From: Camelus ferus
Lineage: Eukaryota
Length of the DNA: 64,000 nucleotides
Reading direction: 5' to 3'
Assembly (NCBI RefSeq): GCF_009834535.1
Contig: NC_045716.1
Span: 23,064,001 to 23,128,000, forward strand
The notes beneath the pieces are model-generated. The model made no database searches. It was not told the origin of the DNA and saw only the letters and a list, made by a program, of their open reading frames with translations. Positions 1 to 11,738 of the stretch are shown piece after piece (positions within the stretch are counted from its first letter, which is position 1; each line of letters opens with the position of its first letter). The translations under genes were made by a program, and so were the position numbers.

Positions 1-73
1 GATGGCAGGGAGGTGCCCACTCTGTTCCCCCACCCCTCGCCCACTCCACCCCGTACCCCGACCCTGTGCTCAC

Positions 74-214
74 GTCCAGGAAGCCGGNNNNNNNNNNNNN
101 NNNNNNNNNNNNNNNNNNNNNNNNNNNNNNNNNNNNNNNNNNNNNNNNNNNNNNNNNNNNNNNNNNNNNNNNNNNNNNNNNNNNNNNNNNNNNNNNNNNN
201 NNNNNNNNNNNNNN
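74..214 (-). CDS. S100A1: S100A1 coding exon 2 (N-terminal EF-hand half), almost entirely hidden by N run 88-227; exon 3 lies left of the window
   Basis: Reverse complement of 69-87 reads cc ggc ttc ctg gac|gtgag, i.e. (S)GFLD followed by a GT donor, the end of S100A1 exon 2. The start at 214 is inferred from the usual 47-codon exon and is not visible. Head-to-head position to S100A13 matches synteny. Confidence 0.8.
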
Positions 215-2240
215 NNNNNNNNNNNNNTACCCACGTCCCACCATGGAAGTGAGCTGGGGACCATGCTCGGGGTATCTGGGGTTCGGGTTCGGGTCCCACA
301 GCTCAAAGAGCTATGAGATCAGAGCCCCACCACAATTTATCTTTTCTGAGATTTTACGCAAACAGATCTAAATCTAGACTTGAACTCTGTGTCCCTCAAT
401 CCACATTCCAGCCAGAGGGAGTCAGGGCTGAGGGCACGGCGGTAGAGCAGCTGGAGCTGGGCTGGTGCTAGAGGCCTGCAGTTGACCCTGCAGTGGCTCT
501 GGGCTGCCCGGGCAGACGCTGAGGAGGGTGGGGCAGGCAGGTGGGGGTGGTCACAGGACCCGGCCGGGCTTCCTCTGGCTCTATTTTTACCCTGGACTTG
601 CCTGCCCAGCACAAGCAAGCTCTGCTCTTGGGGGTGGTGGGCTGGGCTCCCCTCTACAGCCTTGACTCTGCTGCCCACCTTGAGCAAGGAGTCAGTCTGG
701 TGCCTCCGGTCAGCCTGGGGAGGGGGTGGTAGTCTGAGTGGGCAGCCCAAGGTTCATGGGGAAGGAGCATCTCACTGCCTTTGAGTTTCCTGTCACCAGA
801 CTGGGGGCCTCTCCTGATCCTTCAGTTCTGTTCCCTCCTGAACCTGTCACTTTGGCTTCCCTCCATTACTTCTAGTTTGGTTCCTCTTCTCTGCAGAATC
901 AGTCCTTCCACTGGGTGGTGGTGGGAAAGGGAAGAGTAATGTCTGAGCCTCTTCCCTGGAGTCAGGGCTCCCAGGGACAGGGAGAGGACACATGTGAGAT
1001 CTTGTCGCTGCTGCTGGCCACTCCCACCCTGAGGCCCAGCCTGGTCGATGTGGGGACGGTGGCATCAGGGAGAATGGGGCTGGTATGTGTTGGGGAGATA
1101 AAGGCTAAATGCATGAGGTCCTCCAAGTTCAAGGGGCTTCGAGAGGGGAGGGGAAAAATGGAGAGGTCTGTTGAGAAGAGGGGATTGCTAAGCCAGGGGG
1201 CCTCTTTCCCTTGGCCTTGGGACTGTCAGCCCCTCCACAGCCTCAGGGGGTGACTCAGGTGTCTCAGATCAGGTGTCCCCATCCTTCTCCAGGCCTGAGG
1301 GGCTGGACAATGGGCCCTGATCGGATGACATCCCAGCTCTTCAATGGTGCCCTTGTGAGTGTCACCTGAACTCCAGACATGAGAAGTGGTTGTCACAGAG
1401 ACATGAGGGAGATGGAACCCAAGCTGGGGCTGATGGAGAGGATAAGAGGGTGTGTGAGGAGGGGTGCTGGTGGCTCAGTTATCGGCCCCATCCAGGGAGG
1501 GCACCTAGAGGTTGCCTGGACACCTCAAGCAGCCTGGGATTTTGCGTAGGGGCCATTCTGAGAGGACCTTGGCAGGGAGTGGGCAGACAGGAAAACAAAG
1601 GGAAAGAATGGGGGAAAGAGGAGTCTGGGGATATGGGCCAAGAAAGAGGAGGAGGAGAAAGGGGAGGTCACGTGAAGTGAGAGTTGGCAGTGGGAACAGT
1701 ACCTAGTGCCCCCCTTCCTGGTATCACATGGTCTATGCTCTGCCACCAACACCACCCACTCTCCCCCGCCCCCCAACTTCCCTAGGCCCCAAGCTTTTGG
1801 CAAGGCTGGGTGGGGTGGCAGAGAGACCAAGGCTGGGGTGGGGGGTGGGGTGGGCAGAAGTAGCTGTTCCATCTGCTCTCTTATTCTTACATCACTGGAA
1901 ACAAGGCGAGAGCTGGGTCCCCTCCCCAGCACCTGGGAGACTGAGGGAGTCTTGGGAGGGCCCTTGAGGGCTCTGTGGTAGGAGGGCCTGGTGTCCTGGA
2001 GGCTCAGCGGTTGTGTTCCCCACTGGCTTCCTCATTCACTGAGCTCCCAGATCTCCCTTTGACCTTCCCTTGCCTCCCTCACCACCTTCCAAACACTGTC
2101 TCCTCCAAAGCCCAAACTCGTCCCAGACCCACAAGGCACCACAACGCCATCCTCCCCAGACTCTTGGAGCCCTGCTGAAGTCCCCTTCCCTGCAAGCTGG
2201 CCAGGGCAGGGACTTAGCACAGATGGGACAGGATACTCAC

Positions 2241-2337
2241 TGTCGGCCTGGGTGCAAGGTGGGAGCAGGTTCCCGGAAAGACAGGCAAGGCTGCAAATGT
2301 GGCTACCGGAGCTGTGCGGGGAGACCTGCCTTCAGTC
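2241..2337 (-). other. S100A1: S100A1 non-coding exon 1
   Basis: Minus strand reads gactgaaggcaggtctccccgcacagctccggtagccacatttgcagccttg...cccaggccgaca|gtgagtatcc. This closely resembles the recalled human S100A1 5'UTR and ends in a consensus donor at 2240. Confidence 0.8.
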
Positions 2338-3049
2338 GTCCTTCCCCCGCCACCCCCCCCCACCGGCTCCACCCCTTCACAGACAGACACCCAGTGGGGC
2401 AAGGGGCCAGGAGTGGACAGAGGCGCCCTCTGTCTCCTGGGCTGGGACAGGCTGCCCTGTGTCCTCTTCTCCAGCCTTGGTTGTCTGCCCCCTCAACTGC
2501 TGGGCCCCAACAGGCACAGCGCAGAAGGAAGGGAGGTGGGAAAGGTCTTGGGAGGAAGGAACATGGAGAGGACTTCCCTGCACCCCCCACGCCCCAGTGC
2601 TGGTGTGCTGCTAGGCAGGGCAGAAGGCATTCACCTCACTGAGGGGGCTCAGTGAGGGGGCTTCTCTGTGAATAATTTAGTCTTGGGCTCCCTGAGGGGT
2701 TTCAGCCTGAGACCCCATTGAGAGACTTCAATCTAGGGTCTCCTCTGTGAAGTCAGCTTGGATCCCCCTCTGTGTTTGTGGGGTCTCAGTCCAGATCCTC
2801 TGTGGGGGTCTTGGGCTGCAGGGTCCTTGGCGGGTTCTCATTCTGAGGGGCCCTCTGTGGTGTTTCTTAGAGGGGACCTCTCAGTGTGGAGCTCCCTCAG
2901 TTTGTTCTTTTAACCTGCAGTGGCCTCCCCACCTCCCCCGACATACACACCTGATTAGAGGAGGAGGGTGTGGTGGGACTGCAGGCTCCCTGTATTGGAA
3001 AGGATGGGACCCCAGGATACCTGCTGACTGGAATCTGACCAGGCAGCTC

Positions 3050-3343
3050 CAGGCAGGTCCTCCCCTCACCAAGTGGAGGCTGCATGGGCTGGGGCGGTGG
3101 GGGGTGGGGGGGGGGGGCGGGTGGGCGGGCAGGGTTTCTGGCCCGCTTGCTGGAGGTGGGGGCGGGGGCGGGTGTGTGTGTGTGTGTGGAGGCGTGAATG
3201 GGCGGTCTCCTTTCTTCAGGATCCACGACGGAAACTTGACACCTCCGGTCTTGGGAGGGGCTCTTTCCTCCCTCCCGGAACGCTTATAAACCTCAGCCCT
3301 AGGGCTTCTGCTCGCTGCTCCCCATCTCCCTGCCCCGGTGAGT
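3050..3343 (+). promoter_or_regulatory. S100A13: S100A13 promoter and short non-coding exon 1 (~3315-3337)
   Basis: CpG/GC-box-rich segment, TATAAA at 3285-3290, donor ccg|gtgagt at 3338; the next acceptor ctgcag|g at 4286/4287 leads into the ATG exon. Confidence 0.65.
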
Positions 3344-4327
3344 CGCATCCCCTAACCCTGGAGAAAGCCTCGGGAGCCTCTTCTCCGCCCTGGGCTCCCA
3401 GGTCCCTCCCCTTGGAGCCGGCCCAGATGGGGACTCAGGAAATGGCTTTGGGAGGTCCAGCAACAGTCTTTGCCGAGGGGAGGGGGTACGTGGTTGAAGG
3501 GAGGACGAGTGGGCAAGTCCCCTTCCCCCAGCCTTGTCCCCCACCCCGCCCAAGGGCTGCGAGTGGAGGTATCGAGCCCTTCCTGGGCGCGGGCAGCCAG
3601 GGGAGCCCCATCCAGGACCCCTGTCGCGGGCAGACAGGCGCGGGAAGGGCTGTGGGGTCCTGGGCTCCGCACTCTGCCCGGCTGTCGCCGAGGGAAGGGG
3701 GTGGGGTGGGGCCAGGAGGCCGGGTCTGGCCAGACGGAGCCAGCCCTGACCACAGCTGGGCATTTGCCAGACCCTGGGCTTCTCTGCTGGGAAGAGCAGC
3801 CAGTGTGTGTGTGGGCGGGCGCAGCGCAGGCGGGTGGAGACCCAGGTCCTTGCACAAACAAGCTTTGGAGACAAACAACCTCATGACCCTTTGAGGCCGG
3901 CAAAACTCGAGAAAGGGCCCTTGGGTCTGGACTCCACAGAAGGTCCAGCAGACTGAGAGGACTTCAAGGAAGGATCCCATACTGAAAGCCTCCTCCCAGA
4001 CAGGGGGCTCTCCAGACTGAGGGGCCATCACGCAGGGGTCCCTGAGACTTCGAAAGGATCCCCAGACTGTGAGACTTAAAGAGGAAGGGGTTTCTGGAAG
4101 TGAACGTTCCTTCCCTCACCTACATTGAGGTACCTGGTCCACTGCCCCAAGCTCCATCCCTGCATCCCTGTTCCTTCCCTGCTTCCCCATGAGGTCTCCT
4201 CCAGGTAGAGGCCTGAGGTGGACACGCCAGGACAGGGGCACTCTGGTCTCTCCTGACTCTCCCTTTCTCTCCTTCCCCTCCTGCAGGTTAGCTCCGTGAG
4301 GACACCAGCTCTAGCCCCAGGGTCATA

Positions 4328-7300
4328 ATGGCAGCTGAGCCACTGACCGAGCTGGAGGTGGCCATCGAGACAGTGGTTACCACCTTCTTCACCTTTGCAG
4401 GGCGGGAGGGCCGGAAGGGCAGCCTCAGCATCGATGAGTTCAAGGAGCTGGTCACTCAGCAGTTGCCTCACCTGCTCAAGGTGAGTGGAATCTCTGGGCC
4501 TGAGATCTTGGGAGCCAGTGGCTGTAGGACGCTGTGTATGTGAGGTGACATTGCTCAGCATGATAAGGCTCAGCACAAGGTGTCATGGGGGAGGGTGTGG
4601 GGACTGCATGTGTGTAAATGGTTCTGGATGTTCTTACCTGGTGTGTGTGTGTGCATAACTCCGTGACAGTGTGCCTGTGAGTGCAAGTGTGTTATTGGGC
4701 TTTGCTCTTCCATCAGGCGATGCTGTTGGATTCCTGTTGTGTCTGCTCTGTGCCTCTCTGGTCTCATTTACCCAACACAGGGCTGGACCCAGAGCTGGTT
4801 TCCAGAAGATTCATAGACCATCAGAGCTAGAACGAGGCCAAGAGAAAACACAGTCCTGATTCCTCACTTCATGTATATAGAAACGGGCTCAGCTATGGGA
4901 GAGGATTTATCAAAAATAATTCTATGAGTCTAATCCTTGGAGTCATAGGATCTCAGTGTAGGAGGGACCAGTAAGTGGTCTGTGATTACTCCTCACCCCT
5001 TCTGGGAGTGCCCTCAATAATGCAACTGACAGGATCCTTCCTTCTCTCCTACTCACAGGCTGGAGTAGGGATTCACATTTCATCTGCTCTGGGTTGGCAC
5101 ATCATCCCAGGCTGTTAACAGTTTCTCTTACATCCTTTCTGAAAATTCACAGGCACATAAAAGTGTGTGAATATAGATTTTTTAAAAAAACACAAACAGT
5201 TCTGAAATTCATAGTCTTATCATCTTCAGTATCTCCTACACCCTTAAGACTTTCCCCTTCTTCCTTTCACAGGAAACTTAAGGCTCTCCCCTAAAAATGC
5301 AACATTCCCTGTAGTCTTGTTAAATAGTGAGTGTTTTCTTCTCCCAAATCCAACTCCCTCTGGGCCTGGAGATGCAGGTAGTGACCTCTTTGCTCTTCTT
5401 GCTGCTTCCAGATCTTAGTTTCTTCCTGTTCCTAAGACGTCCAGCTCCTTGAAGCTCCTATGTACCCGCCTCCACCGTTCTTACTGCATTCCTTCCCGCC
5501 CTTCAGCTCTGGCTGACTGATTTCCTTCTCATCACTGCTGCTGCCGTTACCTTCAGTATCCACATGGACAGCTCATCCAGCATCCAGGCCTCTCAACTTC
5601 TTGAACTCCTCACTTTCAAAGATTCTATCTTCCTGCTGCATCCCCCCCCTCCCCCCCCGTTCATTCTTCAGCTCTTATTACCAATGTACCACCTCCGGAA
5701 TCTCAATTCCAGGACTCTCTTTCTCTGTCTACCACCTCCTGTTATCCCAGTTCTATTCCTCTGTTTCGTTCCTCCTCTCCACCATTTCCTGACACCACTG
5801 GGACCTTCAGTCTCTTGACCCTATCACTTTTTCGCCTTCCATCACCTTCCCTCATGACCTCATTTCCCTCCTTACTCAGCTGGGTTCTAAGGTTCATCAT
5901 TATAATCATACCCTTAACTCCCTTGATTCTCTTTCTCTCTGTCCTCTCTCTGGGTTGGGCAAAATCCCAACTTAGGTTAAATGCAACATTTCACCTCCAT
6001 TAACTTGCTGGTGAAACCCACCATTCTGCGTCTGCACCATACAGCTGAATCTGGCTGGAGACGAGCGCACTGCCATGTTGACTTGTCTCATGTTAAATCT
6101 ATAAGCCCAAAGCCCAACAGGACCCTTAGCAATGCCTGGCTGTTCAACTACGTTTCCCTAGTGGGTTCATTGACCATCTTTCGGATGGTTATTTCACAGC
6201 TTTCCCTTTCTCCTCGAACTCCAGTGCCTCTTTCCACATTTGCTTTCTTAATGAGAAAATTTCTCATGAATTAAATAAGAACAATCAGGAAACTTCTATG
6301 TGCTCCCTCCCCCTAATCAGCCAATCCATCAGCACATTCCCTGCCTTCTTTTCTGTTACTGTGAATGATCCGTCTCTGCTCCTAAGGCCAGCCCCTCCAC
6401 TGGTGCCTTAACTCCCATCCCTACTCATCCACTTAAAGATGCTACTGTTTCCATTTTTACCTTTCTTTCTTTTGTCACATTTACCCTCTCTACTCGGTTG
6501 TTCTGATCAGTTTACAAACACGCTTTTTCAAGCCAAATATCTCCCAGCTTAAAAGAAAACTTCGCTTGACTTTGTAACTCCCTCCGGCTATGCCTTATGT
6601 CTCTGCTCCCCTTTGTAGCAAAACTCCTCAAAAGCAGTGAGAGTTACTTATACTTACTGTCTCCACTTTTCCTCCCCTGGTTAGAATGCTCATTCCCCAG
6701 CTATCTCCTAGGCTTATTCTTTATTTGACTCAGATTTCTGCTTATATGGCAAATCCTCAGCATGAGCTTCCTTCACCCCTGAGTACAGAAGTCACCTCCT
6801 TGTGCTCTGTTCCTTTGCCCTGGGATATTTTCTTTCAGAACACTTCCATCACAGCTTAGCCTCCTTTACATAATTATATGTCACTAAGAAGTAACATATA
6901 ATTGCTTTCCTTTCCATGTAGGAAACAAGTCTTTTTCCATGAAGGAAAGGAACCTGCTCACTGTTTTACCTGCAGCACTTAGAGTAGTGTCTGACTCCTA
7001 GTAGGTGCTCAATAAAGTATGGAGGGTATCTGGGAGATAGTAAAAAAGTTGAAAAAAAATAAAATTGTTGAGTGAGTGAATAAATAAATGCATCTTACCT
7101 ACTGTTCTACAAATAGCTTTTTAAAAATGTAACAATGCATATAGGCTATTTTCCCATTATAAAAAAAATGATGCACTGTATTCTAATATGTAACTCACCA
7201 CAAATTTATGTAGCTAATCCTCTATTGAGGAATATTTCTCTTCTGTCCACTTTTCCACTTTTGCAAACATTGTTATTTATGTATCTTTAAATACTTGGAG

Positions 7301-10250
7301 GAAAATATTTATAGGGTAAATGTCTGGCAGTACAAATATTAGGTCAAAAGGCAGGTTGTTCTTAATTTTTACAGATATTATCAATTTGCCTCCCAACAAG
7401 ATTGTGCTAATTTTCATGGCCACCAAGAGTGCATGTGACTGCCTGTTTCCCCTGTCCTTGCGTGAGTTTTTGCCAGTCTACTATGTAGAAATCTTGTTCT
7501 GATTTACACTTCTTTAATACTGAGTGAAATAGAACATTAAAAAATATTTTTGATAATCATGCATATTGCTTTTTCTGTTGAACTGCTTGAGTTTTTTCTT
7601 TTCATATTAATTTATTATGGCTCTTTATAGAATAAAGAAATTAGCCTTTGTCTGTTATGTGTGTTGCAAATATTTCCCCCCAATTTGCCCTTTGTCCTTT
7701 GACTTTGTTTTTGGTAGTTTTGGCCATACAGAATATAAGGAATTTTTATGTACTCAGATCTGTCAAACCTTTTCTGAATGGCTTCTGTGTTTTATGCCAT
7801 GCTTAGAAAGGTCTCCCCCAATTTAACACATTAAAAAAACTCCCAGACTTTATTTTATTATTAAAATTTTCTCACTGATGTGACACATTATTTATTTAAT
7901 TCTTCTGTATATTTTGGGTCTCTTTGTTCTGTTTCATTCATCTGTTTATTATTTATTTAAAAGCAGCCTCATTTAATTACTGTAGCTTTATAATATACTT
8001 TGATAACCTGTATGGTGGGCTCTCCCTCATTATTCTTGTTTTTCAGAATTTTACCAGTGAATTCCACATGTTTATTATTCAAGGAGAATTTTAGAAACAT
8101 TTAATCCTATTAAAAACATATTAATCATAAAAATTTAATCATATCAAAAAATCACATTAAAAATCACATTAAAAATTAAATCATAAAAAACATATTAATC
8201 ATATTAAAAAATCATAATCCAGCAGATATGTTAATTGGGATCATATCAAATGTTATTTTAGGGAAAATTGATTTTTTCACACTGTAAGTCTTTCTCTCTA
8301 AAAACAAGTCGGCTTTTCTACTTATTCATGCTTCCTTTCATATCCTTCAGTTCACATTTCTTCACAAAAGCTTGATTGATTTCTACATTTATTCCTGAGT
8401 TCTTAGTTTTTTTATTACTTAAATGGGATCTTTCATATTGTATGTTTGAACTGGTAGTAGTTTTTGTGTATTAATATTGTCACCATTGCGTCTAATAGTT
8501 TTGGGGGAAGAAATACAGAATAGTGTGTGAGAGTATAAGCTCTGAGTGACAGTCTAGGTTCAAATGCAAGGTCTAGCTTGTCATCCCTGGCTAGGTATTT
8601 AATCTTTCTGAACCTTAATTTCTCATCTGTGAAATGGACTCATAATAATACCTTTCTTATTGGATTGGTCTTGCGTTCATTCAGTCAATATTTATTGAGC
8701 ACCTACTGTGTCCTGTCCTGTCGCCGTCCTAGGCTTTGTGCCATAGTGGTGACCAAGCCTCTGCCATGTGCCAGACACTCTCCCGGGCATTGGGATTATG
8801 GTGGTGAACAAGATGGACAAGGTCCATGTGCTCATGGAGCCTTTCATTCTAGCAGATTATGAAGATTAAATGATGTAAAGGCTGTCATGTGTTCAGCATA
8901 ATGCTTGGAATGGTCAGCACTATTGTTGACATGTTAGCCATTATCACTCCTTTGTTTTTTTCTAGGTATACAGTTATATAATTGCTAATGTAATAAGAGG
9001 TGAACTTGATTTTTCTTTACTAACACTTATGCCTTTTATTTCCTCCTTTTGACTAACTTATGTTTTCCCCTCCCTCCCGACATAGTGTTAATGGGTCACT
9101 TTTGCCTTCCACTGTCAATGCTTATGGTATTTTATAATTAAGCATGATTGTGGCTTTAACAAAAGCCTTGTTCAGCATTTCTATGAAGTAGTTTTGTGCC
9201 ACCTTTAGATTTGGCAAGTCTTCTCTGCTTCATCCAGATGTTTATTCAAATGTTGAGCACCACACTCTGCCTGAGGCACCCTTGTCTGGTTTGACATCGA
9301 TCCATTGTTCAGCAGTCAACTTTTTGGTTGTGGTTGTTTATTTGGCAATACATCCTTTGATCATGATGGTCCAGCTTAGAATATCCTTTGGTTTTTGTTT
9401 TGTTTTGTTTTTTGACAGGGAGGTAATTAGGTTTATTTATTTAATGGAAGTACTGGGGATTGAACCCAGGACCTCGTGCATGCTAGGTATAGCACTCTAC
9501 CTGCTGAGCTATACCCTCCCCTCTAGAATATCCTTTGATTTCTGAGGTCTGCCAAGAGACACTTTGTCAAGGGCCCCTTAGAAAACCAGATACTGCGTGT
9601 CCTTGCCATTCCCCCAATCTACCAGGCTAGTGACCCAACTGGAAAAGTGAGAAGACAGTAGGTTATGCAAATGGGCAGCCAAGTGCTGTGAACTTCTCCA
9701 GCTTTCTGTGAAGGAGGAGGCTCTGAGGGTGGTGAGAGTGGGTTGCTCCATGCCTGCAAGGGCTCCTTGGGTGCAGTGGTATGCTGCAGCCCGCCGTACC
9801 TGCAGGTGAGGACCCATTGTGTGCATCGGTTCCCTGCTCTGCACTCAGTGACATCATGCTTGTGGTTCATAATCCTCCATGGTGGGAGTTTTTAGACCAC
9901 AGCCAACACTGTAACCAGGTTCCCTACCTCCCTTTTCTGCTTCCCCTTGGTGTTGGGCACCTTGGCAGCACTGTCTTGGGGCTGCAGCTTCGTCCTGAAG
10001 GTGCGGGGCAGGGCCTGAAGGTAATGGTGATTGGCAATTCTCCCCTCTCTCCATGTCTCAAGAGCCCTCATTTCTAACCCGACTCTTCCCTGTGGTGTCT
10101 CCTTAGGATGTGGGCTCCTTAGATGAGAAGATGAAGAGCTTGGATGTGAATCAGGACTCAGAGCTCAAGTTCAATGAATACTGGAGACTGATTGGGGAGC
10201 TGGCCAAGGAGCTCAGGAAGGAGAAGGTCCTGGAGATCCGGAAGAAGTAA
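4328..10250 (+). CDS. S100A13: Protein S100-A13, 98 aa; join(4328..4480,10107..10250)
   Basis: MAAEPLTELEVAIETVVTTFFTFAGREGRKGSLSIDEFKELVTQQLPHLLK | DVGSLDEKMKSLDVNQDSELKFNEYWRLIGELAKELRKEKVLEIRKK*; donor aag|gtgagt at 4481, acceptor ttag|gat at 10106, phase 0. Confidence 0.97.
5480..7020 (+). mobile_element. LINE-2 remnant in the S100A13 intron
   Basis: Pyrimidine-rich L2-like body ending in the L2 3' tail gtaggtgctcaataaa at ~7000-7016; family recognised by eye. Confidence 0.6.
7150..8500 (-). mobile_element. Old LINE-1 (L1M-type) fragments in the S100A13 intron
   Basis: AT-rich sequence with reverse-strand L1 ORF2/3' motifs (tttaattactgtagctttataata; aattgggatcatatcaaat). Confidence 0.6.
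8530..8900. mobile_element. MIR with an L2 tail inserted
   Basis: MIR core ccttaatttctcatctgtgaaatgg...; L2 tail cattcagtcaatatttattgagcacctactgtg. Confidence 0.65.
9391..9523 (-). mobile_element. tRNA-Ala-derived SINE (camelid Vic-1-like) in the S100A13 intron
   Basis: Reverse complement gives a gagggtatagctcagcaggtagagtg...gggttcaatccccagtac head plus A-rich tail; 14-bp TSD tagaatatcctttg at 9377-9390 and 9524-9537. Confidence 0.9.
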
Positions 10251-10311
10251 AGCGGGCTGGCCGGGATGGAGGCAGGCATGGCAGGTCTCTGTGGAACCCT
10301 ACTCCCCCCCA

Positions 10312-10317
10312 AATAAA
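10312..10317 (+). terminator. S100A13: S100A13 polyadenylation signal
   Basis: AATAAA ~60 nt after the stop codon, followed by T-rich sequence. Confidence 0.8.
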
Positions 10318-10659
10318 GTTTCCTCCTTGAAATACACGTTTCTTACTCACCGCTCCCCGCACCCCCATCACCAGTTTCTTCTCTTGAGACCAGGGGTGGG
10401 AAAGCTCTGCTCTGACCTGAGGGTGATTCCAAAAATTATGAGCCCCTTGAGGACCAGGAATGGTATTCATTGAATATTCTGCAGCATCAGGTCTTGTCCA
10501 GGATAGGTGCTCAATAAATAAATGGTTGATGAATGAATATATGAAAGGTAGAGATGGATCTCTGGGGCAGGCAAGGTGACTCATATCCCACCCGGTTCTG
10601 AGGGGCTTGATCTTGGCTCCCACTATTTTTATTCTGGGGGTTTTTGTCATTGGCTGGTA

Positions 10660-10860
10660 ATGACAGTGATGAACATGAGTTGGCTTGCCCTGTGCCAGGC
10701 GCAGTGCTGAACATTTCTTGCATTCTCTTAGTTAATTCTCACAGCCCTTTGAGGCAGGTACTATTTTTAAGTCCTGTATTAAAGATGAGAAAACAGATTT
10801 TAGAGAGGTTAAGTCACAAAGACAAGAATAGTTAGAACTGGGTTGAAATTCCAGAGCCTC
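10660..10860 (-). mobile_element. MIR
   Basis: ...aaagatgagaaaacagattttagagaggttaagtcac core. Confidence 0.65.
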
Positions 10861-11738
10861 CGTGATGGACCTGGATCCTCTCTGGATGGGTACTTGGGGA
10901 CTGGACCCTCCTCCCCTCTCTCCCTCCGTAGCCAGGGGGAAGCAGATGGATACTTACAGGGTTCCGGGTGGAGGACTGTAGGGTGAGGGTGGCGCGGGGC
11001 TGCAGGAAGCAGAACTTTGGGGCGCCCTCGGCGCTGCTCTCCCCGTCCTTCTTGGCTTGAGGGGCATGTGGTTTGCATTGCCTGCCGCCAGAGGGAGCAG
11101 GGGCGGGGCGGCCCAGCGGGCGCTGCCTTCCAGGGACTGTCACTGCCTGTCAGGTGTCCAGCTGAGGCAGCTGTTAATCCAGAGGAGCATTTAGGCTGGG
11201 AAAAGCTCCCCATCACACACCATTAAAGGGTCCCAGATTGAGAACTTCCATCTAAGTGCCCCCAGACTGAGAGACCTCAGAGGGCCCTCCAGGCTGGGAC
11301 TCTGAGGGCCCATTTGGCTGACACATTCCAAAGGGGCTCCCCAACATGAGAGACCCTAGAAAGGGACCCCCAGACTGACACCTTGAGGGACTTCAGGCTC
11401 AGTCACTCTCGGAGAAACCCTCAGATTGAGAGACCCTCAGAAGAACTCAGATTAAGATACTTTGGGAAGGGCCCCTTCATTAGACACACACTCGGATGGA
11501 GGCCAAAAGTACAGAGGAGCCCCAGTAGGAGACCCGGGGAGGGGCCCTGGGAGGTATGCTCTGATCTCAGAGTTTAGGAGAGGAGCCCAGAAATTTTGGC
11601 TCTGGGCACCGCCCCATCCTTGCCCTGACCCACACAGACTCCCCTGCCCTTCTCCTTTTCTCCTCCTCAGGTGGAGTGGGCCACCAGGTTGTGCTGAGTC
11701 TGGACCGGCTCCCTGGGGTGTCATTCTGGGTACTGGAT

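Noticed and set aside
3073-3894. 273-aa ORF and several overlapping 140-200-aa ORFs in the S100A13 promoter and intron 1
   Set aside because: Low-complexity G/P/R/A-rich translations in multiple frames, as expected from GC-rich DNA; no domain recognised.
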